Made by a program: the position numbers and the translations under genes | Notes under the pieces: model-generated | The model's database searches: none | Seen by the model: only the letters and a program-made list of their open reading frames with translations | Told to the model about the DNA's origin: nothing | In this document: positions 46,716 through 55,809 of the stretch, piece after piece | How the letters are laid out: each line of letters starts with the position of its first letter | Position numbering within the stretch: the stretch's first letter is position 1 | Assembly (NCBI GenBank): GCA_029938715.1 | Contig: JAOZUK010000007.1 | Coordinates: 2,927 to 66,926, forward strand | Direction of reading: 5' to 3' | Length of the DNA stretch: 64,000 nucleotides | Source of the DNA: Bacteroidales bacterium | GTDB lineage: Bacteria; Bacteroidota; Bacteroidia; Bacteroidales; GCA-2748055

Positions 46716-47297
46716 ATGAAAAGTGAACCCAGTACATTGAAAACAACAGATGAAGCTATCGGCTATCTAAAGAAAATCACCCGATCAATTCCGGATTATC
46801 CGAAACCTGGTATAATTTTTAGGGACCTGACCACCATATTTCAGGATAAAAGAGCAATGGGTATTTCGCTTGATCTGTTGATTTCGAGTCTCAAGGATAA
46901 GGGTGGGAAAATGTTGGAATTTGATAAACTGGTAGGAATTGAAGCCCGGGGATTTATACTTGCCGGAGCGTTGTCCGGAAGGATTGGAGGAGGAGTCGTT
47001 ATGGCTCGTAAGCCAGGAAAATTACCTCATGAACGAATTTCGATTTCTTATAAATTGGAGTATGGGGAGGATGCCCTGGAGGTACATGTTGATTCGATTC
47101 GGCCAGGCGAGAAAGTGATAGTTGTGGATGATCTGCTTGCCACAGGTGGGACAGCTGAAGCTGCTTGCAAATTAGTGAAGAAATTGGGTGGTAAAATCGC
47201 AAAGGTCATTTTTCTTGTTGAGTTGCCAGAATTAAAGGGAAAGCAAAAACTTGAACCCTATGATGTGGATTCAGTTATAGTTTTTGATGGTACCTGA
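46716..47297 (+). CDS. apt: Adenine phosphoribosyltransferase
   Basis: PDYPKPGIIFRD and PRPP motif VIVVDDLLATGGT. Confidence 0.85.
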   Translation: MKSEPSTLKTTDEAIGYLKKITRSIPDYPKPGIIFRDLTTIFQDKRAMGISLDLLISSLKDKGGKMLEFDKLVGIEARGFILAGALSGRIGGGVVMARKPGKLPHERISISYKLEYGEDALEVHVDSIRPGEKVIVVDDLLATGGTAEAACKLVKKLGGKIAKVIFLVELPELKGKQKLEPYDVDSVIVFDGT

Positions 47298-47460
47298 GAT
47301 TTTGTGGCCTGGTTGATACAATAGCTTGAATATCTATATATAGAGAAATTGGATTTTGAAAAGTTTAATAATGAATGATTTAGAGGTTCAAACTTCTGAT
47401 ATTTCCAACCTTTTACCTTCCTGAGAATTGAATATTTGACGACCACTCCATCAGATGGGT

Positions 47461-47468
47461 TATATTTG
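47461..47468 (+). promoter_or_regulatory. -7 box (TATATTTG) upstream of uvrC, with a TTTG at 47435-47438 as a possible -33 element
   Basis: Exact TAnnTTTG match, 24 nt before ATG 47493. A TTTG lies 22 nt upstream of the box. Confidence 0.45.
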
Positions 47469-47492
47469 GAATTATTTTGACTTCAAAATCGC

Positions 47493-49301
47493 ATGATAAG
47501 GATGAATGAGCCATCCCTTTTACAATCAAAGTTAAAGTCAATTCCCAAAAATCCGGGAGTGTATCAATTTTACGACAGACAGGGTGAAATCATCTATATC
47601 GGAAAAGCAAAGAATTTGAAGAACCGGGTTTCTTCTTATTTTACAAAGAGGAAATTTGAATCTTTCAAAGTGAAGGTGCTGGTAGATAAAATTCATGATT
47701 TGAATTTTATCATCGTGAATAATGAATCAGATGCACTGTTGTTGGAGAATAACCTGATCAAAAAGCACCAGCCCCGTTACAACATTTTATTAAAGGACGA
47801 CAAGACCTTTCCCTGGATTTGCATTAAGAACGAACCTTTTCCCAGGGTGTTTTCTACCAGAACCGTTATAAACGACGGATCTCAATATTATGGTCCTTAT
47901 ACTTCGGCTTATGCGGTGAAGGTATTGCTTAACCTTATCAGACAATTGTATCAACTACGGACCTGTAAGCTCTCGCTGATGGAAGAAAATATTTCCGGCG
48001 GCAATTTTAAAGTTTGTCTTGAGTATCACATCGGGAATTGCAAAGGGCCCTGTGAAGGATTGCAGGAGAGGAGCGAATATGATAAGACCATCGCGCAGAT
48101 TAGAGATATTATTAAAGGGAACCTGAATGAAGTTGTATCCTACCTTAAGAGTGAAATGGAAATTCTGGCAAACTCTTTTCGTTTTGAGGAGGCCAACTTG
48201 TTCAAAGAGAAGATAGAGATCCTTTCCCGTTATCAGAGCAAATCGACCATTGTAAATTCGGCCATTCACGATGTGGATGTTTTCAGTATTGTGAGCGATG
48301 AAAAGGAGGCGTTTGTGAATTTTCTTAAGGTGGTGAAGGGAGCCGTTATTCATGCGCACACTGTGGAGATAAAGAAGAGGTTGGATGAGCCAGATGAAGA
48401 GTTGTTGGTTTTCGCAATAACCGATCTGCGAAACCGCATAGAGAGCAGTGCGAAGGAGATGATTATTCCTTTAGATCTGAAAATCTATTTTCCAGAAAAC
48501 CGGATTACAGTACCCATAAGGGGGGATAAAAAGAAGCTTCTGGATCTCTCTTTACGTAATGCCAAAAGCTACAGACTGGAGAAAAGTAAGAGAGTTGCCT
48601 ATAAGAAAGCTGCCAGTAGTGCGGATCGAATTTTGCAGACCCTGCAGTCTGATCTTAGACTTGCCTTACTACCTACACATATAGAGTGTTTTGATAACAG
48701 CAATATTCAGGGAAGTGAGCCGGTGGCAGCCTGCGTGGTATTCAGGCGGGGAAAACCAGCAAAAAAGGAGTACAGGCACTACAACATTAAGGAAGTGTCG
48801 GGGATAGATGATTTTGCTTCCATGGAAGAGGTGGTTTACAGAAGATACAGAAGACTGCTGTCTGAAAAGGCCGCGTTGCCCCAGTTGATAGTAATTGATG
48901 GGGGCAAGGGGCAGTTAAATTCGGCTCTAAAAAGTTTGGATAAGCTGGGACTACGTGGGAAAATTGGAATCATTGGAATTGCTAAAAAATTAGAGGAAAT
49001 CTATTTCCCCGATGATTCGGTGCCACTCTATATTGATAAGAATTCCGAATCCTTGAAATTAATTCAGAACCTGAGAAATGAAGCTCACCGATTCGGTATT
49101 GAATTTCATCGGCTTAAGAGGTCTGGAACCATGACCCAGTCTGTACTGGAAAACATCCCCGGCGTGGGATCAAAGTCCATTGAAAAATTATATGGTCGTT
49201 TTAAATCAGTGGAAGGAATTAAAAAGGCTTCTTTGAATGAGCTTGCAGATGAAATAGGGCACTCCCGGGCGATGACGGTAAAGGCTTTCTTTAAGGGGTA
49301 A
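47493..49301 (+). CDS. uvrC: Excinuclease ABC subunit C
   Basis: GIY-YIG (GVYQFYD...IIYIGKAKNL), Cys cluster CLEYHIGNCKGPC, C-terminal HhH. Confidence 0.9.
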   Translation: MIRMNEPSLLQSKLKSIPKNPGVYQFYDRQGEIIYIGKAKNLKNRVSSYFTKRKFESFKVKVLVDKIHDLNFIIVNNESDALLLENNLIKKHQPRYNILLKDDKTFPWICIKNEPFPRVFSTRTVINDGSQYYGPYTSAYAVKVLLNLIRQLYQLRTCKLSLMEENISGGNFKVCLEYHIGNCKGPCEGLQERSEYDKTIAQIRDIIKGNLNEVVSYLKSEMEILANSFRFEEANLFKEKIEILSRYQSKSTIVNSAIHDVDVFSIVSDEKEAFVNFLKVVKGAVIHAHTVEIKKRLDEPDEELLVFAITDLRNRIESSAKEMIIPLDLKIYFPENRITVPIRGDKKKLLDLSLRNAKSYRLEKSKRVAYKKAASSADRILQTLQSDLRLALLPTHIECFDNSNIQGSEPVAACVVFRRGKPAKKEYRHYNIKEVSGIDDFASMEEVVYRRYRRLLSEKAALPQLIVIDGGKGQLNSALKSLDKLGLRGKIGIIGIAKKLEEIYFPDDSVPLYIDKNSESLKLIQNLRNEAHRFGIEFHRLKRSGTMTQSVLENIPGVGSKSIEKLYGRFKSVEGIKKASLNELADEIGHSRAMTVKAFFKG

Positions 49302-49312
49302 AACGTCTAATT

Positions 49313-50287
49313 CTATTTATTTCGGGAGACGGTGAATTCAACAAGGTCCCTCAGTGAATCGCGGGCTGGTGATTCCGGAAAAGAATGAAGGATCTCCATG
49401 GCGTTAGCCTTATACTCCTGCATCATCTTCATGGCAAAATCGATTCCACCCAAATCTGTAACAAATTGTACCACCTCATTCACCACCTGCTGACTGCGGT
49501 TTCCTCTTTTAATCTTTCGGATCATAGCTTTTCGATTCCCTGGATCAGACTGGTGCAGAGCATAAATAAGCGGAAGGGTGAATTTTTTCTCCTTTATATC
49601 GTTTCCTGTAGGCTTACCAATTAGCCCATGTGGCTGATAATCAAATAGATCGTCCTTAATTTGAAAGGCCATCCCAATTTGAATTCCCATTTCATGTATG
49701 CGATCCACCACCTCTTTGTCAGCATTTGCAGCTTTGGCTCCGCTGGCGGTGCAGGACGCAATCAGGCTAGCTGTTTTTTTGCGGATTACCTCATAATAGG
49801 TTTCAATGTCTATGTTAAGGCTTCTGGATTTCTGAATCTGAAGAAGCTCTCCTTCGCTCATCTCCCTTGAGGCATTTGATACGATTTCGAGCAGGTCATA
49901 GTCCTTCTTCTCTACGGCGAGGAGCAATCCTCGAGCCAGGAGGTAATCTCCAAAGAGCACAGCCACCTTTGATCTCCAGAGGGCATTTACCGAAAAGACT
50001 CCCCTGCGTTCATTGGATTCATCTACCACGTCATCATGCACCAATGTAGCGGTGTGCATAAGTTCGATTAGAGATGCTGCAGTATAGGTAGATTCGGTTA
50101 CCTCTCCAATCATCTTGGAGGTAAGGAAAACAAAGAGGGGCCGCATCTGTTTTCCTTTTCTGCGCAATACATAACGGGTAACCACAGTAAGTAAGGGGAT
50201 GTGACTGGAAGCCGCCAGTTTGAATCTTTTATCAAATTCTTTCATTTCCAGCCCAACAGGCTTCCTGATGTCTTCCAGTTTGATCAT
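49313..50287 (-). CDS. Polyprenyl diphosphate synthase (IspB-like, trans-type)
   Basis: First and second DDxxD motifs (LVHDDVVDES, QIKDDLFDY). Confidence 0.8.
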   Translation of the reverse strand: MIKLEDIRKPVGLEMKEFDKRFKLAASSHIPLLTVVTRYVLRRKGKQMRPLFVFLTSKMIGEVTESTYTAASLIELMHTATLVHDDVVDESNERRGVFSVNALWRSKVAVLFGDYLLARGLLLAVEKKDYDLLEIVSNASREMSEGELLQIQKSRSLNIDIETYYEVIRKKTASLIASCTASGAKAANADKEVVDRIHEMGIQIGMAFQIKDDLFDYQPHGLIGKPTGNDIKEKKFTLPLIYALHQSDPGNRKAMIRKIKRGNRSQQVVNEVVQFVTDLGGIDFAMKMMQEYKANAMEILHSFPESPARDSLRDLVEFTVSRNK

Positions 50288-50307
50288 TTGTTAGCGGTAG
50301 AGATTTT

Positions 50308-50315
50308 CAAAGGTA
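50308..50315 (-). promoter_or_regulatory. -7 box (TACCTTTG on the minus strand) upstream of the polyprenyl synthase gene
   Basis: Exact TAnnTTTG match, 20 nt before ATG 50287. Confidence 0.45.
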
Positions 50316-50382
50316 GAAAAAGAAACCAGAATTGGAGATTATTTTGCCTGCCGGTCAGGGAACATATTTAATATCCTAAATA

Positions 50383-50411
50383 TTGATATATTTGCATTTG
50401 ATCGATATCAA
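50383..50411. promoter_or_regulatory. Inverted repeat TTGATAT-N15-ATATCAA, candidate ArsR-family operator
   Basis: 7-bp perfect arms at 50383-50389 and 50405-50411 bracket the -7 box. AT-rich context makes a chance match possible. Confidence 0.25.
50387..50394 (+). promoter_or_regulatory. -7 box (TATATTTG) upstream of the ArsR-family gene
   Basis: Exact TAnnTTTG match, 39 nt before ATG 50434. It lies inside an inverted repeat. Confidence 0.4.
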
Positions 50412-50433
50412 AATCCTGTTAATCTCAAGAAAG

Positions 50434-50733
50434 ATGGAATTCACAGACTTAGAACCAGATCAGGTTGAAAAAGCTGCAAATATGATCAAAGCCATCTCGC
50501 ACCCCATGAGGCTGGCCATTCTTGGCTATCTTGGAGAGAATAAAGAGCTGAGTGTAACAGAGATACATAGATTACTTAAAATTGAGCAATCCACAGCATC
50601 TCACCACCTTGGTATATTAAAAGATAAGGGGATTCTCTCATCTATGCGAAAAGGAAAGAACACACTCTACTATTTGAAGCGTAAAAACCTGAGCAACCTG
50701 ATAAAGTGTATCAGCGAATGTGCATGTGATTAA
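50434..50733 (+). CDS. ArsR/SmtB family transcriptional regulator with C-terminal Cys cluster
   Basis: wHTH (HPMRLAILGYL...LSVTEIHRLLKIEQSTASHHLGILKDKGIL). C-terminal CISECACD. ATG 50434 preferred over TTG 50383. Confidence 0.75.
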   Translation: MEFTDLEPDQVEKAANMIKAISHPMRLAILGYLGENKELSVTEIHRLLKIEQSTASHHLGILKDKGILSSMRKGKNTLYYLKRKNLSNLIKCISECACD

Positions 50734-50748
50734 AAAATTGAAGGGGCC

Positions 50749-51198
50749 ATGGATAGAATAAGGGTAACCAAAGAGTTTGATTTTGAAATGGCGCATGCAT
50801 TGTGGAACTATGATGGTGCGTGTCGTAACATCCATGGCCATTCGTACAGGCTCTTTGTTACACTTATTGGCAAGCCCAATACCAACTCTAAGGATCCGAA
50901 ATTTGGCATGGTGATCGATTTTAAGGATCTTAAAACCATGGTCAAGGGGCCGGTGGTAGATTTCTTTGATCACTCACTGGTGGTTTACAGTGAGGCAGAA
51001 GGGGAGATCCTGGTTACCATTCGACAGATGTATGAAAAGGTGCATGTATTTGATTTTCAGCCTACTTGCGAAAATCTGGTGCTCCATATTGTTAAAACCA
51101 TCCAGGCATCGCTACTCCCGGGGATTCAGCTCCAGGCCGTTAAACTGTATGAAACGGCCAACTCCTTTGCCGAATGGTACTTGGAAGATAATTTGTAG
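50749..51198 (+). CDS. queD: 6-carboxy-5,6,7,8-tetrahydropterin synthase
   Basis: FEMAHAL...CRNIHGHSY motif (Cys plus the HGH zinc site). Confidence 0.8.
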   Translation: MDRIRVTKEFDFEMAHALWNYDGACRNIHGHSYRLFVTLIGKPNTNSKDPKFGMVIDFKDLKTMVKGPVVDFFDHSLVVYSEAEGEILVTIRQMYEKVHVFDFQPTCENLVLHIVKTIQASLLPGIQLQAVKLYETANSFAEWYLEDNL

Positions 51199-51208
51199 AT
51201 AACACGCC

Positions 51209-53992
51209 ATGAACCAAGAAAAGAAACTATTTCTTTTGGATGCTTATGCTCTCATTTTCAGAGCATACTATGCTTTTATATCCAATCCAATGAAGAATTC
51301 AAGTGGATTACCTACCTCCACGGTGTTTGGATTTACATTGGCGCTTGAAGAGATTCTGCGGAAAGAAAACCCCTCACATATTGCGGTGGTGTTTGATCCG
51401 CCCGGACCCAATTTCAGGCATGAGATGTTTCCGGCCTATAAAGCAAACCGTGATGCGACACCTGAAGATATTAAAGCTGCTGTACCCTATATAAAGAGGC
51501 TGATTGAGGGATTTAATATTCCGGTAATCGAAGAGATGGGTTATGAGGCTGATGATGTAATCGGAACCATGGCGAAAAGGGCCGAAAAAGAGGGATATAC
51601 CGTTTACATGATGACTCCGGATAAGGATTTTGCACAACTGGTGTCGGAGCGTATTATGATGTATAAACCTGGCAGGGGAGGTTCGGCTCCGGAAGTACTC
51701 GGACCTGATCAGGTAAGAGAGAAGTTCCTCGTGGAACATCCAGAACAGGTAATCGATATTCTTGCACTTTGGGGGGACTCGGCCGATAACATACCTGGAG
51801 CTCCGGGCATTGGTGAAAAAACCGCAAAAAAGCTGATAGGTCAGTTTAAGAGTGTTGAAGGTGTATATGAGCACATTGAGATGCTCAAAGGAAAGCAGAA
51901 AGAGAATCTTGAAAATTTTAAGGACCAGGTATTGCTCTCCAAAAAACTGGCTACCATTGTCCTTGATGTACCTGTTAAAAAAGAAGCAGGTGATCTTAAG
52001 AGGAGAGAGTTGAACCATTCAAAATTGAAAGAGCTTTTCAATGAGCTTGAGTTTAGAAACCTGACCAACAGAATATTGGGTGATGCTCCTCCGGAAGTGG
52101 AATATATCAGTCCTTCGGGGCAGGGTAACCTGTTTGGTGGGGATGATTCGGACTTGAATCAAGCTGCTCAACCTTCTTTTAAAACCATCGAATCGGTTGA
52201 TCATCATTATGCGTTGGTTAATGACTTAGATGGGGTTAAAGAATTGTCTGCAAAACTTTCCAGCCAGGAGTCTTTCTGTTTTGATACAGAAACCACAGGA
52301 CTAGATCCCATTGAAGCCGAACTGGTAGGGATTGCCTTTAGTTGGAAAGAGCATTCGGCATCCTATGTAGCATTTGGTGAAGATCCGGAAAAAATCCGCT
52401 CATGGATACAACTCTTATCCGGACCTCTTCAGAATCCCGGAATAGAGAAAATCGGACAGAATCTGAAATATGATCTTCATATCTTAAAGAATTATGATTT
52501 AGATGTTAAGGGTAGGTTATTTGATACAATGGTTGCACATTTTCTGTTAAAACCAGATCAAAAACATAACCTCAATGTGCTGGCCGAACAATACCTGGAT
52601 TACTCCATGGTAAAGATCGAGGAACTCATTGGAAAAAAAGGGGCCAGGCAAACCTCATTCAGGTCGGTAGGTCACGATCAGGCTAAAGAGTACGCAGGAG
52701 AGGATGCTGATATTACATTTCAGTTGGCTCAACTCTTCAGACCCCAGCTTGAAGAGAGTGGTATCAATTCACTGTTTGAAAAAATTGAGATGCCCCTTAT
52801 ACCCGTTCTGATGAGTATGGAGCACAAGGGGGTTATGCTGGATGTAGAGGCTCTAAAGATTTTTGCTGAGGAGCTAAGGGGAGATATCCTGGTTGCAGAG
52901 GAAAAAATATTTGAACTGGCGGGTATGGAATTTAACATCAGTTCACCCAAACAGTTAGGAGAAGTATTGTTCGACAGACTGAAGATTATTTCGGATCCCA
53001 AGAAAACCAAAACAAAACAGTATGCCACGGGTGAGGAGGTGTTGGTTCAGTTGAGAGAGAAACACGAAATAGTTGATAAAGTTTTAGAATACAGGTCATT
53101 AAGAAAGCTTCTCTCTACCTATGTGGAGGCACTCCCCAACCTGGTAAAAGAGAGTACAAAGAAGATACATACCTCCTATAACCAGGCCCTGGTTACTACA
53201 GGAAGGCTCTCTTCTAATAATCCCAACCTGCAAAACATTCCCATCAGGGAGGAGCGGGGAAGGGAGATCAGAAAAGCTTTTATACCTTCAGAGGCAGGAA
53301 ATCTCTTTTTCTCTGCAGACTATTCACAGATCGAGCTAAGGCTTATGGCTCACATGAGCTCTGATCCACAGATGATAGAGGCTTTTGTAAATAAGGAGGA
53401 TATCCATACGAGTACCGCTGCAAAAATATTTAAGGTGCCCTTAGAGGAGGTCTCAAGAGAGATGAGAAGCAAGGCGAAAACAGCAAATTTTGGAATTATC
53501 TATGGAATCTCGGCTTTTGGATTGTCACGGCGGATGCATATTTCCAGGACCGAAGCCAGGCAGCTCATCGATGGCTATTTTGAGACCTACCCGGGAGTCA
53601 GATCCTATATGGATGAATGTATAAAAATGGCCAGGGAGAACGGCTTTGTGGAAACCATGTACGGCCGCAAAAGACACCTTCCCGATATTCTATCCCGGAA
53701 TTCTGTAGTACGGGGTAATGCCGAACGAAATGCCATTAACTCACCCATTCAGGGTTCCGCAGCAGATATCATTAAAATTGCCATGGTACGGATACAAAAG
53801 AGGTTTGAGGAAGAGCAGCTAAAATCGGCCATGATTCTTCAGGTACATGACGAACTAAATTTTGATGTAACCCCCGGAGAATTAGACCCTGTAAGCCAGA
53901 TTGTAAAAAGTGAAATGGAGCAGGCCTCAAAGTTGCTGGTGCCGCTTACCGTTGAAATGGGCAGTGGGGCCAACTGGCTTGAGGCACATTAG
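51209..53992 (+). CDS. polA: DNA polymerase I
   Basis: 5'-nuclease N-terminus, 3'-5' exonuclease domain (FDTETTGL), polymerase motifs A (DYSQIELR) and C (QVHDEL). Confidence 0.95.
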   Translation: MNQEKKLFLLDAYALIFRAYYAFISNPMKNSSGLPTSTVFGFTLALEEILRKENPSHIAVVFDPPGPNFRHEMFPAYKANRDATPEDIKAAVPYIKRLIEGFNIPVIEEMGYEADDVIGTMAKRAEKEGYTVYMMTPDKDFAQLVSERIMMYKPGRGGSAPEVLGPDQVREKFLVEHPEQVIDILALWGDSADNIPGAPGIGEKTAKKLIGQFKSVEGVYEHIEMLKGKQKENLENFKDQVLLSKKLATIVLDVPVKKEAGDLKRRELNHSKLKELFNELEFRNLTNRILGDAPPEVEYISPSGQGNLFGGDDSDLNQAAQPSFKTIESVDHHYALVNDLDGVKELSAKLSSQESFCFDTETTGLDPIEAELVGIAFSWKEHSASYVAFGEDPEKIRSWIQLLSGPLQNPGIEKIGQNLKYDLHILKNYDLDVKGRLFDTMVAHFLLKPDQKHNLNVLAEQYLDYSMVKIEELIGKKGARQTSFRSVGHDQAKEYAGEDADITFQLAQLFRPQLEESGINSLFEKIEMPLIPVLMSMEHKGVMLDVEALKIFAEELRGDILVAEEKIFELAGMEFNISSPKQLGEVLFDRLKIISDPKKTKTKQYATGEEVLVQLREKHEIVDKVLEYRSLRKLLSTYVEALPNLVKESTKKIHTSYNQALVTTGRLSSNNPNLQNIPIREERGREIRKAFIPSEAGNLFFSADYSQIELRLMAHMSSDPQMIEAFVNKEDIHTSTAAKIFKVPLEEVSREMRSKAKTANFGIIYGISAFGLSRRMHISRTEARQLIDGYFETYPGVRSYMDECIKMARENGFVETMYGRKRHLPDILSRNSVVRGNAERNAINSPIQGSAADIIKIAMVRIQKRFEEEQLKSAMILQVHDELNFDVTPGELDPVSQIVKSEMEQASKLLVPLTVEMGSGANWLEAH

Positions 53993-55677
53993 ATTCCCGG
54001 GCGGTGCCTGGCCAGGTCACCCAGATTACCCATAAGCACCTCCTTTACCATAGCTGGTTCCTGAAGTATTTCTTTGGCCCTGTTCAGCTGTATGTCCTCT
54101 TGAATTTGGGCCTGGATCCTTCCTGCCTGGTAATAATACCTGTTGACAATTTCCTCCGATAAGATCTGCCGGATTTCAGTTTCAAAGGTCTCAAGGTCTT
54201 TCAGGTTGTTGTGGGAAAGTTTCTCTTTCAGAGAGGTAAACTCTTCTTCAGCAATCTTATAGTATTTCTCTCGTTTTGCAGTTTTTATCAATGCTTCAAA
54301 AGTCTGTTCACTGGAGGTTTTAAATTCGAAAGTATCCTCTTGAACAAAAGCTTTAAATGACTCATATTCTTCATCTGATAAAGAAAAAGATGCGGGTGAT
54401 TCTATATTATCATTTGTATTGCGGTAACGGGTGGCAAAATCGAAGAATAAACTCTGGGTAAAGAGTTGCATCGTGATTTCAGACAGCATTTCGGATACAA
54501 TTTCGAAATCTGGCTGAATTCCTCCACCGTCATAGACCAGTCGCCCGTTTCGGGTTTCGTATTCAGAAATAAGTGAATCGGGAACAACACCCACGCTTCC
54601 ATCTTCATTGCGGTTGGAGTAATCCAGTGCCTGAATACATCGCCCGCTGGGAATGTAATATTTGGCTGTGGTAACCTTTAGCTGGGCGTTGTATTTCAGG
54701 GGCCTGGAGGTTTGAACCAGTCCTTTCCCAAAGGTTCTCTGACCAACAATTACAGCCCGGTCAAGATCCTGCAAGGCACCTGCAACAATCTCAGAGGCAG
54801 AGGCAGAGCCCCTGTTTATAAGTACCACAAGCGGAATCTCTGTATCTAGCGGCTCATTCATAGTTACATAATCAGAATCCCACTCTTTCATTTTACCCCG
54901 GGTATTAACGATCAATTCTCCCTTGTTAACGAAAAGGTTACAGATTCTGACCGCCTCTATCAATAGTCCCCCTGGATTGGAGCGAAGGTCCAACACAATG
55001 GAGTTAACGTCGTTGTTATTTTTTAATGATTTAAGGGCTTTTTTTACTTCATTGGCAGCTCCGGAGGTAAAGTTCGAAAGGCGTATGTATCCGGTACCTG
55101 GTTCGAGCATTCCATAGTAGGGGACATTGCGGATGGATATCTTTTCTCTCACAAGTGTAAAATTGAGCGGATCATCCTCCCCATAGCGTTCCACGGTGAG
55201 CTTAAGCTCTGTACCGGGTTTTCCTTTCAACCTGTCACTTACCGATTCAATGGGCAAGTTGCCGGTGGCTTTTCCATCCACCTCAAGAATTACATCCCCT
55301 GCACGGATACCCACTTTTGCAGCCGGGAAACCATCGTATGGTTCGGCAATCAGTACCTGGTTATCCGATCTGCGGATCAAAGATCCGATTCCTCCATACT
55401 CTCCGGTGGTCTGGAATTTAAAGTCATCCATATCAGATTCGGGGATGTAGGTGGTGTAAGGGTCCAGAGATGAAAGCATTGAGTTTATACTGGTTGTAAC
55501 CAGTTGTTCGGGATCGGTTTCATCCACATAAAACATATTCAATTCTCTGAATAATGTATAATAGATATCCAGGTTTTTTACCAGTTCAAGATCCTTGTTC
55601 CTGGTGGTTGTAAAACCAACACTGAGAAGAATAATCAGAAATCCTCCCAGATACAGGTTGCGCTGACTTTTTTTCAT
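53989..55677 (-). CDS. S41 family C-terminal processing peptidase
   Basis: PDZ segment (IRAGDVILEVDG) and catalytic region (NRGSASASEIVAGALQD...GKG). Confidence 0.85.
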   Translation of the reverse strand: MKKSQRNLYLGGFLIILLSVGFTTTRNKDLELVKNLDIYYTLFRELNMFYVDETDPEQLVTTSINSMLSSLDPYTTYIPESDMDDFKFQTTGEYGGIGSLIRRSDNQVLIAEPYDGFPAAKVGIRAGDVILEVDGKATGNLPIESVSDRLKGKPGTELKLTVERYGEDDPLNFTLVREKISIRNVPYYGMLEPGTGYIRLSNFTSGAANEVKKALKSLKNNNDVNSIVLDLRSNPGGLLIEAVRICNLFVNKGELIVNTRGKMKEWDSDYVTMNEPLDTEIPLVVLINRGSASASEIVAGALQDLDRAVIVGQRTFGKGLVQTSRPLKYNAQLKVTTAKYYIPSGRCIQALDYSNRNEDGSVGVVPDSLISEYETRNGRLVYDGGGIQPDFEIVSEMLSEITMQLFTQSLFFDFATRYRNTNDNIESPASFSLSDEEYESFKAFVQEDTFEFKTSSEQTFEALIKTAKREKYYKIAEEEFTSLKEKLSHNNLKDLETFETEIRQILSEEIVNRYYYQAGRIQAQIQEDIQLNRAKEILQEPAMVKEVLMGNLGDLARHRPGI

Positions 55678-55783
55678 TTGGATTCAATTAAAGTATTTGA
55701 TCCTCAATCTGAGGAGTACAAAGGAACTACAAAGATTTCGATCGGGGATTAAATTTAACTTTTTTTAAGATAGAGACGATGTG

Positions 55784-55791
55784 TATCTTTG
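55784..55791 (+). promoter_or_regulatory. -7 box (TATCTTTG) upstream of the DUF4271-like gene and hemD
   Basis: Exact TAnnTTTG match, 18 nt before ATG 55810. Confidence 0.45.
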
Positions 55792-55809
55792 TGTCAAATT
55801 TTACTACAA

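Noticed and set aside
47298-47492. 195-nt apt/uvrC intergenic region and its 62-aa minus-strand ORF (47258-47446)
   Set aside because: The ORF overlaps the apt 3' end, has an implausible composition and has no promoter box. The region is explained by the uvrC promoter (-33 TTTG plus -7 TATATTTG).
51374-52018. 214-aa minus-strand ORF inside polA
   Set aside because: It is a shadow ORF opposite the unmistakable DNA polymerase I reading frame.
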